This document shows positions 1 through 9,417 of a stretch of DNA of 64,000 bases, piece after piece (the first letter of the stretch is position 1; each line of letters begins with the position of its first letter). The position numbers and the translations under genes were made by a program. The stretch is from Oceanispirochaeta sp. (GTDB lineage: Bacteria; Spirochaetota; Spirochaetia; DSM-2461): NCBI GenBank assembly GCA_963663385.2, contig CAXXXD010000003.1, forward strand, positions 32,001 through 96,000, given 5' to 3'. Under the pieces are notes generated by a model, which made no database searches, had not been told where the DNA came from, and saw only the letters and a program-made list of their open reading frames with translations.

Positions 1-71
1 GTTTTTATGGGTAGATACCTACGTAATGCCTTTTGAATGGGCTACCCATAGAATACTATGGTTTTACCGGT

Positions 72-749
72 TTACTTCAACAGGGGACGGGCATAAAGGT
101 CCCTTTTCCTCAAACCGTTCTTCCGGGCCCGGTAAACCCATCCGACAGATCCCATCAGGGTATAAAGGAACCGGGGGAAACGGACTGCTGTATAAAGATT
201 TTCCGTCTCCGGGGCCTCCTCATTTTTCAGATCATCCTTCAGGGACTGATAGGCATGGAGTATATCCTTTTTCATATAGGAGTTGAGAGGCATATCCTTC
301 ATCTGTTTATAGGGCTCTCCCATCCCCATGCCGATCCCAAAACGCCATGTCAGGGCATTTTTCCGGCAGAAAAGCTGCAGGATATGGAGGGCGTCAGCAT
401 TTTGCCTCGCTTCGGGAAACCCGCTGTTAACAATACCATATACCCGGATGGCCTTCTTCTCTTTACGGGATTCTCTTTTTAATTCAAATTGCTTCAGCCA
501 CCAGGTCAGGTGCCCCGGCAGGGTATCCACGTAGAGGGGGAGGGCTATGATCCATATATCGGAATCCTCCATCTGGGAGAGGACCTCTTCAGTGTTTCCG
601 TCAAGTTTAACGGGGAGTGTCAGAATGTCCGTATGCTGTATTTTCCCATCCTCCTCGGAAAGGAAACCTCTAATATCCTTCAATATTTGAGCGGATGTGC
701 TGTTGTTCTCTCCCCGGGGGCTGCCGTTTATATAAAGAATCTTATTCAT
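72..749 (-). CDS. NAD(P)H-dependent FMN reductase / flavodoxin-like protein
   Basis: N-terminal ILYINGSPRG..STS phosphate-binding loop and PLYVDTLPG motif; start overlaps the stop of the upstream ORF (ATGA). Confidence 0.8.
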   Translation of the reverse strand: MNKILYINGSPRGENNSTSAQILKDIRGFLSEEDGKIQHTDILTLPVKLDGNTEEVLSQMEDSDIWIIALPLYVDTLPGHLTWWLKQFELKRESRKEKKAIRVYGIVNSGFPEARQNADALHILQLFCRKNALTWRFGIGMGMGEPYKQMKDMPLNSYMKKDILHAYQSLKDDLKNEEAPETENLYTAVRFPRFLYTLMGSVGWVYRARKNGLRKRDLYARPLLK

Positions 750-1297
750 GCCTCTTCTCCTTCCAGAAATCTGTCCAGTGCGGAAAAATCACTTTTTTCT
801 CTGATAACCACAGTGTTCATTGCATCCCTGTGGATGTTGTCGTTCAGATTCTCTCCACAGCGTCTGAACAGTTCCTCTTCTTCCTGATCAATTCCTTTCC
901 CGTAACCGGTCAGGTAGGGGACGGGGTTGGAGTCATACCGCCCGGGGTGATGGGTTTCTCCCTTGTAGCGTACAAAAAACGGGAGCACCTTTCCGATGGA
1001 ACGATCCAGGAGGATTTTAAGAGCCGGGCTGTAACCTCCCCATGTGACCGGACAGATATACATGACTCTGTCGCTGTTTATCTCCTCTTTCATAACAGCC
1101 TGAGCATCGTCGTTGAAAATACATTTTCCGGGAGTTTTCACCCAGCAGTTGAAACATCCCCTGCAGGGATGCCGGGACACTTTTCCAAGATCAAGAAACT
1201 TTACCTCCCTGCCGGATTCCGAGGCTTTGTCTTTCAGATACCCCAGGATTTCCAGACCCTGAGGATCAGAGGTATCATGAATAATCAGGTGCTTCAT
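746..1297 (-). CDS. flavodoxin-family (iron-sulfur flavoprotein-like) protein
   Basis: CRGCFNCWVKTPGKC Cys motif and PVTWGGYSPALKILLDR; GGAG RBS upstream. Confidence 0.8.
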   Translation of the reverse strand: MKHLIIHDTSDPQGLEILGYLKDKASESGREVKFLDLGKVSRHPCRGCFNCWVKTPGKCIFNDDAQAVMKEEINSDRVMYICPVTWGGYSPALKILLDRSIGKVLPFFVRYKGETHHPGRYDSNPVPYLTGYGKGIDQEEEELFRRCGENLNDNIHRDAMNTVVIREKSDFSALDRFLEGEEA

Positions 1298-1327
1298 AAT
1301 TAATCTCCTATCGATTACATTGTATTG

Positions 1328-1398
1328 ATGTTTACGCTGTTAACATTTCTGAAGTTTAGAATTTTATGTTTACACTGTCAACATAAAAGGTCTATAAT
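1328..1398. promoter_or_regulatory. divergent promoters with two palindromic TetR-type operators
   Basis: ATGTTTACGCTGTTAACAT (1328-1346) and TTTTATGTTTACACTGTCAACATAAAA (1362-1388); minus TTGACA-N17-TAAACT (1381-1353); plus TTTACA-N18-TATAAT (1369-1398). Confidence 0.7.
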
Positions 1399-1407
1399 CG
1401 GGCTGAT

Positions 1408-2016
1408 ATGAATAATTATCATCATGGGAACCTGAAACAGCTGCTGCTCGAGGAAGGAATCAAGCTTCTGGCGGAGGAGGGGTATAACAACTTCTCTCTC
1501 CGTAAGCTGGCGAGACGATGCAGGGTTTCGCATACCTCGCCCTACAGGCACTTTTCTGACAGGAATGAGCTTATACTGGCTATTGCGAGAGACGTACAGG
1601 ATAAATTCAATACGGCTCTCAGGGATGCTCTGAATTCAACAGAGGGAACGCAAACCGAAAAAATCCTGGCTATGGGAAGGGGGTATGTTCATTTTTTTCT
1701 GGAAAATCCGGATTTTCTGGAGCTGCTTTTCCTGACACCCGAGCTGTGGGATCTATCCTGCGGCAAACACGATCACTCAGACGGTTCATCTCTGGAAACC
1801 TACCTTGCGGCTGTTTTTCAGCTTCTTGCCGAAAGAGATTCTGATTTTGAGGGGTTTTCCATGGATCCTTCCCATCTGGACGGCCGTATTCCGGGGGAAG
1901 CCCTCCGGCCCTGGTGCCTGGTGCACGGTTTAACGGTTCTTCTGGTAAAAAAGGCTCTTCCCGTCTCAGATCCAAAGGCTGTTGATCAGCTTATTTCTCA
2001 GGTTCTTTCTGTTTAA
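1408..2016 (+). CDS. TetR/AcrR family regulator
   Basis: YHHGNLK...FSLRKLARRCRVSHTSPYRHF HTH; C-terminal WCLVHG motif. Confidence 0.92.
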   Translation: MNNYHHGNLKQLLLEEGIKLLAEEGYNNFSLRKLARRCRVSHTSPYRHFSDRNELILAIARDVQDKFNTALRDALNSTEGTQTEKILAMGRGYVHFFLENPDFLELLFLTPELWDLSCGKHDHSDGSSLETYLAAVFQLLAERDSDFEGFSMDPSHLDGRIPGEALRPWCLVHGLTVLLVKKALPVSDPKAVDQLISQVLSV

Positions 2017-2023
2017 AAACTTC

Positions 2024-2090
2024 TTGACAACATTATATATTCAAAGTATAACAACTGTTATATAACATGTGTTATACAACAGCTGTTATA
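2024..2090 (+). promoter_or_regulatory. sigma70 promoter overlapped by three tandem palindromic operators
   Basis: TTGACA(2024)-N17-TATAAC(2047); TATAACAACTGTTATA, TATAACATGTGTTATA and TACAACAGCTGTTATA at a 14-bp period. Confidence 0.75.
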
Positions 2091-2116
2091 TAAAAATCAA
2101 AAGAAACAGGATCAAT

Positions 2117-3457
2117 ATGAAACCGGATAAGCCTTACTTTTCTAAATTTATATCGGCTGTTTTTCCAGCTGTTCTAGCTGTCTTTATGGCCGCTCTCTAC
2201 AACATTGCCGATACCTTTTTTGTGGCAAAAGGGACGGGTATCCCTGGAGTTGCTTCGGTAGGTATGGTCCTGCCTCTGATGATGATAGTTATTGCTGTCA
2301 GTCAAACAATCGGTACAGGATGTTCAATCCTTATTTCCTTTGACCGCGGTTCAGAAAAGTCTTCCTTTCAACATATAGCTGCTACATCCGGTATAAAACT
2401 GGCCGTATTATTCGGTGTGATAGTTATTACAGCATTAAGCCTTTCACGAAAGACTATTTTCAACAGTATGGGGGCCGGACAAATTGAAAGTGAACTAGCC
2501 GAAAAATATATGCTTTTTCTGTTGCCGGGGATTATACCATTTGCTGTAACAATGGTTATGGAAAATCTGAGTCGTTCTACTGGACAATATAATCTGGCTT
2601 TAAAATCCATGATAATAGGCGGTTCCTTTAATATAATGCTTGATTATCTGCTTATTATAGTTCTCCCGTTCGGCGTTACAGGAGCCGCCATAGCCACATC
2701 TCTCTCTCAAACATGCTGCATGATATTTAATATGGCAGTCCTATTCGGAAGAAATGGCTATTTCTCCTGGTATTCCGGTAAAACCGTTATAAAAAAGATA
2801 CTCTTGTTTGGTATTCCGGTGCTTATTCATCAACTCTCTCAAGCCTTGGGACTTTTAATGCTCTACTTTTTTACAAGGAACAATACAAACGACATTCATC
2901 TGGCAGCCATTGGGCTTTTTTACAAAATCAGTTTTCTTTTTATGCTTTTGCATATAGGAATCCTTCAGGGGATGCAACCTCTGCTTGGATACTATAAAGG
3001 GCAGAATAATTTTGTATATTTCAGGAAAACCCTGGCTTATTCATTTTTTTCATCACTGTTTATCAGCTTCGCCGGTTTTATGATCCTTCAGTTGTTCCCG
3101 GATAAAACAATTGGTATTTTTCTTCCCTCTCTGGGGGCTATACCTTCTATAGTCAGAAATCTTCGGATTATGGCATTTTCCATGCTTTTCTGGCCCGCTG
3201 GTATAATAATCGGAGGATACTTTCTTTCAGACAGGAACCCGTTTCTTTCATCTTTAATAAATGCATCACGCAATCTTATATTTCTTTATCCTTCGCTTCT
3301 TACTGTTAATTATTTTATGAATCCCTTTGAGAGCATATGGACTGGCTCTGTCGTTGCAGATGCCCTGACTGCTCTGTTGGGAATAATCCTGTTTTGTCTA
3401 TCCGTATCAAAAGGAAGCTTAACTAGCGTCTTCATATGGAAAAGAAGTGTTCAGTAA
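2117..3457 (+). CDS. MATE family efflux transporter
   Basis: About 12 TM segments, YNIADTFFV, NIMLDYLLI..FGVTGAAIAT, QGMQPLLGYYKG; start moved to ATG 2117 after AGGA. Confidence 0.9.
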   Translation: MKPDKPYFSKFISAVFPAVLAVFMAALYNIADTFFVAKGTGIPGVASVGMVLPLMMIVIAVSQTIGTGCSILISFDRGSEKSSFQHIAATSGIKLAVLFGVIVITALSLSRKTIFNSMGAGQIESELAEKYMLFLLPGIIPFAVTMVMENLSRSTGQYNLALKSMIIGGSFNIMLDYLLIIVLPFGVTGAAIATSLSQTCCMIFNMAVLFGRNGYFSWYSGKTVIKKILLFGIPVLIHQLSQALGLLMLYFFTRNNTNDIHLAAIGLFYKISFLFMLLHIGILQGMQPLLGYYKGQNNFVYFRKTLAYSFFSSLFISFAGFMILQLFPDKTIGIFLPSLGAIPSIVRNLRIMAFSMLFWPAGIIIGGYFLSDRNPFLSSLINASRNLIFLYPSLLTVNYFMNPFESIWTGSVVADALTALLGIILFCLSVSKGSLTSVFIWKRSVQ

Positions 3458-3521
3458 ATTGCAATTACTAAGAAGAACTCACCATGTTTATAAAAGTAAA
3501 GGAATCCGGGTATAAAAAGAC

Positions 3522-4079
3522 ATGCCTCCAAAAAAAGAAATTACAAAAGATATGATATTGATAAGTGCGTTCAATCTTGTAAGAGAACAAGGTTACCTGC
3601 AGCTCACAGCAAGGAACCTGGCAGGATATATGAAGTGCTCGACAATGCCTATTTATTCTGAAATTGAGAATATGGAAGCTCTGGAAAGGGACGTGGCAGG
3701 TAAATCTCTGGATCTTCTCATTAAATACCAGATTACCAGATACGCAGACGATCCTGTTTTATCCATCTCGCTGGGAACTCTCCGGTTTTCTCTCAATGAG
3801 AAAGAGTTATTTAAAGTTATGATGCTCAATGACGATCCTGGACAAAAAGAAACAAGAGCTTTAATGCAGAATAAGGCCAGAGAGGAAATCACGGAGTTTC
3901 TCAGAAAAATCGGTTCCTGTACTGAAAGGGAAATAACTGACATGCAGGAAATATTAAAAAAGATGATGATCTTCACAATAGGTCTATGTGTTTCCTTTCA
4001 TTTCAATGCTGTAAGTGTGACGAAGGAAGAGCTGGAAGAACGCATCAGAGATTATTATCGTTTGCTGGAAAATCATTAA
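3522..4079 (+). CDS. TetR/AcrR family regulator
   Basis: MPPKKEITKDMIL..LTARNLA..CSTMPIYS HTH. Confidence 0.88.
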   Translation: MPPKKEITKDMILISAFNLVREQGYLQLTARNLAGYMKCSTMPIYSEIENMEALERDVAGKSLDLLIKYQITRYADDPVLSISLGTLRFSLNEKELFKVMMLNDDPGQKETRALMQNKAREEITEFLRKIGSCTEREITDMQEILKKMMIFTIGLCVSFHFNAVSVTKEELEERIRDYYRLLENH

Positions 4080-4109
4080 GCACAATTGGAAACCGCAGGG
4101 AGGAGATTG

Positions 4110-5021
4110 ATGAACTATAATCCATCTGAATTTGATGCTTTTGGACCCTGGATATATCAGGTTAATGCAATATACCCTCTTCCTCCTTTATATAAGGGGT
4201 ATTCGAACAGGCTCGATTCTGCTCTGATTGTGCTGAAGATTCCCCGGGATATAGAGAGGGCCAATGCCAGCCCCGATATGCATCTGTACGATGCTGTACT
4301 TGGACTTTATAAGTCGGAACTGCTTCTTCTTGAACGCAGGGAAGATCAGGTCTGTGAAACGCTCCTTCCTTATGATCAGATTAAAGAAATAAAAAACTAT
4401 ACCTGTCTACTCAGCGGCAGGCTTACCCTTTATACAGAAAACAGAAGTGTGAAAATCCCATACAATACTGTGTCGGAAAATATAATACGGCATGCAGTAA
4501 AAATCATTAGAGATAATCAAGCTCATATCAATAGATTTACAGGCATCAGCCCCATGGATTTCAACCTTGAAACAATGGCGTTTGGTTTCGTTAATGAGGT
4601 TCAGACTATTATTGATGAGAATCCCGGTTGTTACCTTGCTGCCTATCAGCCAGAGATCAGTCATAAAATCCCAAAAGAGACATCTAATTCCGTTTTAGCT
4701 AGGCTGATGCCAATGGAAAGAGTTAAATCCAGCTTTGCAGTTCTGACCAATATGCATGAATTAACGATTATCTCGCGAACGTTCTATCTAAAAAAATGTT
4801 CTACCGATGTCTATTCCTATCATTATAATTACATCAGTGCTTCAAACATAACATCTATTGAAACGGAAGAACTAAGCAGCGAACATGACCGGCTCAGGAT
4901 AGGTACGGGAAATCATGTCAGCACATTCCGGTTTGAGAAGAAGAATAAACGGATGTATGCACTGTTAAATAACCGGTGGAAAACAGATAAACACTATCCT
5001 CTGTATTCCTCCATATCATGA
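4110..5021 (+). CDS. hypothetical protein (possibly two PH-like domains)
   Basis: 303-aa ORF with GGAGGAG RBS before ATG 4110; no family recognised with confidence. Confidence 0.7.
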   Translation: MNYNPSEFDAFGPWIYQVNAIYPLPPLYKGYSNRLDSALIVLKIPRDIERANASPDMHLYDAVLGLYKSELLLLERREDQVCETLLPYDQIKEIKNYTCLLSGRLTLYTENRSVKIPYNTVSENIIRHAVKIIRDNQAHINRFTGISPMDFNLETMAFGFVNEVQTIIDENPGCYLAAYQPEISHKIPKETSNSVLARLMPMERVKSSFAVLTNMHELTIISRTFYLKKCSTDVYSYHYNYISASNITSIETEELSSEHDRLRIGTGNHVSTFRFEKKNKRMYALLNNRWKTDKHYPLYSSIS

Positions 5022-5459
5022 GCCTGCAAAAAAACGGAAATCAAAATCAAATTCCTTCAGATCTATTACTTTAATGCTTTCAAACCGGGGGTGAAGGGGA
5101 TTGATCAGGATATTGTATTCTTCCCGTACCACTTTTGACGGGACGATTATGGCCAGTGAACTCATACTCTCCAGCCAGAGATCACCCTTTTCGTAGGCAT
5201 AGGGATCGGATGAATAATCATGGTCCCTGAACTCTTCTGAAATCAGATCATCCCGGATTTCCAGTTTGATATGCATCATGTTTCCGGGCGGTGTATTTGT
5301 TGAGAAGTGAACAAGATTTTCACAAACGCAGAGGGATACGGATTCAGAGGTATAGATCATTCTCTTTCCGGCAGAATTCCATCGTCCTCCAAATAATCTT
5401 GCCCCCTCCCCGGAGAGGTCCCGGATATGTTTTCTGCTGGCAATCCGGTGTATTACCAT
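5016..5459 (-). CDS. RES-domain toxin (NAD+-consuming, MbcT/ParT-like)
   Basis: HRIA..LSGEGARLFGGRWNS, YTSES, E..VH, IVPSKVV, NILINPLHP; TGATG overlap with the antitoxin gene. Confidence 0.9.
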   Translation of the reverse strand: MVIHRIASRKHIRDLSGEGARLFGGRWNSAGKRMIYTSESVSLCVCENLVHFSTNTPPGNMMHIKLEIRDDLISEEFRDHDYSSDPYAYEKGDLWLESMSSLAIIVPSKVVREEYNILINPLHPRFESIKVIDLKEFDFDFRFFAGS

Positions 5460-5887
5460 CAGGAATAGATTCCCCACTCGATTCTTTCCAGTATATCAAG
5501 AACAAGTTGCGAGCCGTAACGGGAGTCCATAATCTCCAGTGGAACAGCCCCGTCCATTGAACTGTTCGGTTCATTCAGCCACAAATTGAACTTATGGGCA
5601 TCATCAAAAACCTCCATTCCCTTTGCTACAATCTGTGCCAGCTGCAGGGTTGATTCAGTTACGGGAGAGGGTAGGGGATCCGTTTCTTTAAAACGGGAGA
5701 GGTTTCTCTGACTGGTCCCTACAAGTTTGGCCAGTTGGGGTATGGAAATGTTGATCCTTTTCTGAAGAGTCAGCAGGGATGTTTTGGGAAGGCCTTCCTT
5801 TACAACTTCAATATAATCCAGAGTTGTATTGAGGGGATGATGCAGAACCTGATCTCCTCCCAGTATATCCAGAACAGTGCTTTTCAT
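5459..5887 (-). CDS. Xre/MbcA/ParS family antitoxin
   Basis: VKEGLP, HTH, C-terminal WLNEPN..MDGAVPLE..YGSQLVLDILERIEWG. Confidence 0.9.
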   Translation of the reverse strand: MKSTVLDILGGDQVLHHPLNTTLDYIEVVKEGLPKTSLLTLQKRINISIPQLAKLVGTSQRNLSRFKETDPLPSPVTESTLQLAQIVAKGMEVFDDAHKFNLWLNEPNSSMDGAVPLEIMDSRYGSQLVLDILERIEWGIYS

Positions 5888-5916
5888 TGGATCTCCTTGT
5901 TGGCCTTATGGCTGTA

Positions 5917-5945
5917 ATTGTAAAGTCGGCTGGCGTGTAGGTCAA
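5917..5945 (-). promoter_or_regulatory. sigma70 promoter of the TA operon
   Basis: TTGACC-N17-TACAAT on the minus strand, then AAGGAG RBS. Confidence 0.65.
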
Positions 5946-6035
5946 GGGATATTACCTCTTAATCCAAATCTGCAGCGGAAAAAGAAGGGGATTGTCACAA
6001 TTCTGCTACAATTCTGCGCTATAATCACCAGTGTT

Positions 6036-6731
6036 ATGATCAGAAAGCAGCATATCGCCGTTGTTGATGATGAAAAAAGCATACAGAGAACTCTCAGCGT
6101 TGCCCTGGAGGATCAGGGGTATACTATCAGTCTGTACAGCTCCGGTGAAGACGCCCTGGAAAAGGTAAAAACGAATCTGCCCGATCTGATTATTCTGGAT
6201 ATAATGATGCCCGGTATCGACGGGATTACCTTCTGCTCGCTTCTGAGAGAGACCCATCAGAATATTCCCATTATTTTTCTGTCTTCACGTGTGGATGAAC
6301 TGACAAAGCTGGAAGCCCTGAAAAGAGGCGGTGATGATTATATGAGCAAGCCCTTCTCTCTCAACGAGCTGCTGGTAAGAATTTCCGTCTGTCTGCGGAG
6401 GGTGGAGCAGCTTTCGCAGATACCTGCCTGCTCCGTTGGAGAGCAGAAAGGATTCCATATCGACGACGGGGCTTACCAGATCTATTATGACGGGTATCTG
6501 ATCAATCTTTCGGTGACGGAGTTCCGAATTTTCCGGGCGCTTTTCAGTCATCCGGGGATAGTGTTTTCAAGAGACAAGCTGATGGCAGCGGCTTACCCGG
6601 AAGACGGTTATATTTCGGACAGGAATGTGGACAGCCATATAACAAGAATCAGAAAGAAAATAAAACAGCACTGCTGTGAATTTAAAGGAATCGAATCAGT
6701 TTATGGTCTTGGTTACCGGTACCGGAAATAA
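6036..6731 (+). CDS. OmpR-family response regulator (ChvI-like)
   Basis: REC (VVDDE, LDIMMP, KPF) plus winged HTH (DRNVDSHITRIRKK, YGLGYR); start at ATG 6036. Confidence 0.92.
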   Translation: MIRKQHIAVVDDEKSIQRTLSVALEDQGYTISLYSSGEDALEKVKTNLPDLIILDIMMPGIDGITFCSLLRETHQNIPIIFLSSRVDELTKLEALKRGGDDYMSKPFSLNELLVRISVCLRRVEQLSQIPACSVGEQKGFHIDDGAYQIYYDGYLINLSVTEFRIFRALFSHPGIVFSRDKLMAAAYPEDGYISDRNVDSHITRIRKKIKQHCCEFKGIESVYGLGYRYRK

Positions 6732-8172
6732 AATAAAAAGAATCCTCTACAGTAAAGTCCTCTGGATCTTTATACTGAATTCGCTTCTTATCCTGATTCC
6801 GGTAAGCGGCATGATTCTGATCCGTTCCAGAGACTACCAGGCCTTGAATATACGAAGCATGACAGTCAGGGAGTTGAGCAGAAGTATCATAAGCTTCCTG
6901 GAGCAGGGAGCAGCGCCGGATCTGTTGAGCAGCAGTCCCGTGATTGCTCCCTGGCAGAGAATCCTCCTTGCCGATCCGGATAATCTCCGTATCCTGTCTG
7001 ATTCGGGGTGGCGGAAAAATGATACGATTGCCTCTTTCGAGTACGAACTGCCTGTTTCAAACCATATCAGCCGATTTCTGGGAGACGTTCCTGATCCCGA
7101 GCTGGAGGGAGGGGCGATTCTGGAGCGGATGACCCGCTACATCCAGTCGGGAGAAGATAAATTCAGCATTATCGATTACCGTTTCCTGTATTCTCTCAGG
7201 AATTTTCAAACCCGGGAAGGGCGGATACAGACTCTTATCCTTCTGGTGGATAAATCGGATCTGATGAAGAGTACGAAAATCTATAAAATCCTACTTCTGA
7301 TGACTACTCTGATTTCCCTTCTGACAGCTTTTATTCTGAGCACAGTATACTTCAGACTGCTCATAAAACCTCTAACCCTTTTAACGGAGGAAGCTCTGCG
7401 TATAAAGGAAACAGGAGAACCTCCGAAGGTTCCCTTCTCCATGGAAAAGAGGGTTGATGAGATCGGACTCCTGTCAAGGGCATTCTCAATCACGACCCGG
7501 GAACTGGTTAAGAGTCGGGAATCACTGGAAGACTTTACAGCGGATATTCTGCATGAATTGAAAAATCCGCTTACGGGGATTCGAAACGGGATCGAGATTC
7601 TGAACAGAAAGGAGAGGGCGGGTTCCGAGAGCAGGGAGATGCTTTCAATTCTCTCCCGGGAAACCGGGCGTATTGAAAAACTGCTTTATGATATTCGGGA
7701 ATACAGTCTCTCCGGCAAGGAAGAGGTTCTTTCCGCCTGGTCTGATCCGACGAGTCTTATAGAGGGCGTCCTGTCTCTCTATGCGCAGTGGGATATCAGC
7801 TGCTCCCTTAAGGGTTCCCGTCCGGTAAAACTCCCTGAGGATCAGTTCATCTCCCTTTTAACAAACCTTCTGGATAATGCTGTCGGGTTTTCCCCTGTTC
7901 CCGGCTCTGTTTCTATCGAATATACAGATAAGGGCACACAGTCGTTTCTGACAATACGGGACGAGGGGCCGGGGATCCCCCTGTCGAACAGGGAGAAAAT
8001 CTACAAGCGGTTCTATTCCTGCCGGAAAGAGCCTGAAGATGAGAGCAATCTTCATTCCGGTCTGGGTCTATCTATCGTCTGGAAAATCCTGACTAACAAC
8101 GGGCATGCCGTCCGCTATGAGGAAAACTCTCCCCGGGGAGCCGTATTCATCCTTACCTTCAACAATGCCTGA
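6703..8172 (+). CDS. sensor histidine kinase (HAMP-HisKA-HATPase)
   Basis: Two TM segments, DEIG HAMP, HELKNPLT, NLLDNA, DEGPGI, GLGL; exact start uncertain. Confidence 0.9.
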   Translation: MVLVTGTGNKIKRILYSKVLWIFILNSLLILIPVSGMILIRSRDYQALNIRSMTVRELSRSIISFLEQGAAPDLLSSSPVIAPWQRILLADPDNLRILSDSGWRKNDTIASFEYELPVSNHISRFLGDVPDPELEGGAILERMTRYIQSGEDKFSIIDYRFLYSLRNFQTREGRIQTLILLVDKSDLMKSTKIYKILLLMTTLISLLTAFILSTVYFRLLIKPLTLLTEEALRIKETGEPPKVPFSMEKRVDEIGLLSRAFSITTRELVKSRESLEDFTADILHELKNPLTGIRNGIEILNRKERAGSESREMLSILSRETGRIEKLLYDIREYSLSGKEEVLSAWSDPTSLIEGVLSLYAQWDISCSLKGSRPVKLPEDQFISLLTNLLDNAVGFSPVPGSVSIEYTDKGTQSFLTIRDEGPGIPLSNREKIYKRFYSCRKEPEDESNLHSGLGLSIVWKILTNNGHAVRYEENSPRGAVFILTFNNA

Positions 8173-8259
8173 TGTCACATTATTGTGACATTCTTTTCAT
8201 CTTTCCGCTGAGATCTCCTTATCCCAAACAGGAGATACTGGGGGCAGGGAGCTAATCAA

Positions 8260-9339
8260 ATGAAAAATACTAATGGATACAGAACTGTTTTTCTGCTGCT
8301 GCTGATTTTTCTCAGCTGTTTTCAGGTCTTTGCCGAGTGGGAGAACCCGTCCGACAGGTACATCAATGCCTATAAAGCATATGAAGGCGCTCCGGTTCCC
8401 ATCGAAGAGGACGGAATTAAACATTTTGTCTACTTTGCCAGGGATCGGGACCGGATCCGCAACCACCCTTTTCTGAAGAATTCCCGTTTTGCAGGGGCTC
8501 AGATCATGTACTCCTGGGCGCAGCTGGAAACAGCCCCCGGTGAGTATGACTTCTCCCTGATCCGTGAGGATCTGGCCTGCCTTCAGTCCGGAGGGAAAAA
8601 ACTGTTTATTCAGCTTCAGGATGCCACCTTCTCCACGCGGTATAAGGGTGTTCCGGCTTATCTGCTGACGAAGGAATTTGAAGGAGGAGTTATTGAGCAG
8701 CGGGATGATGATGGAAACCACGAGGGATGGACGGCCAAGCGCTGGAATCCTGTCGTCCGGGAGCGTTTTGCTCTGCTGATGAAAGCTCTGGGAGATGAAT
8801 TCGACGGTGTCATTGAAGGGATTAACCTGCAGGAATCGGCTGTAGGTGTATCCCGGGCTTATGATCCATCCTTTTCTCCGGCTCTTTATGCAGAATCCCT
8901 GAAAGCCAATATGCTGGCTATGAAAAAAGCTTTTCCCCGGTCGGTAACCATGCAGTATGCCAATTTTATGCCCGGAGAGTGGCTGCCCTGGGAGGATGAA
9001 GGGTATCTGAAATCTCTCTATGAATACGGAGAAGAGATAGGTGTCGGTCTGGGAGCGCCGGACCTGATGGTTCACCGTAAAGGGCAGCTGAATCATCCCC
9101 TGGCCATGATGCATGAATCGGATTACAGCGTTCCCCTCGGGATTGCCGTACAGGACGGGAACTATATTGGAGAAACCGGCAACTATACGGTCCAGGATGA
9201 GGCAGAGGAGAAGAGGACGAATCTCGTCCCCATGCTTCAGGCTTTCGCCCGGGATTTTCTGAACGTTCAGTATATGTTCTGGGTGGATCAGGAGCCGTAT
9301 TTTGAAGAAGATGTTCTTCCCTGTTTTATTTCACGGTGA
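8260..9339 (+). CDS. secreted protein, glycoside-hydrolase-like TIM barrel
   Basis: Signal peptide (..QVFA); YSWAQLETAPGEYDFS resembles the GH35/GH42 N-terminal motif; activity unknown. Confidence 0.6.
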   Translation: MKNTNGYRTVFLLLLIFLSCFQVFAEWENPSDRYINAYKAYEGAPVPIEEDGIKHFVYFARDRDRIRNHPFLKNSRFAGAQIMYSWAQLETAPGEYDFSLIREDLACLQSGGKKLFIQLQDATFSTRYKGVPAYLLTKEFEGGVIEQRDDDGNHEGWTAKRWNPVVRERFALLMKALGDEFDGVIEGINLQESAVGVSRAYDPSFSPALYAESLKANMLAMKKAFPRSVTMQYANFMPGEWLPWEDEGYLKSLYEYGEEIGVGLGAPDLMVHRKGQLNHPLAMMHESDYSVPLGIAVQDGNYIGETGNYTVQDEAEEKRTNLVPMLQAFARDFLNVQYMFWVDQEPYFEEDVLPCFISR

Positions 9340-9417
9340 CTGGGATAGGGGCTTCTTCAGCCCTTCTGCGGGAAGGATCTGCCTCGGGTTCTGCAGGATG
9401 AATATCCGTAGGCTAGT

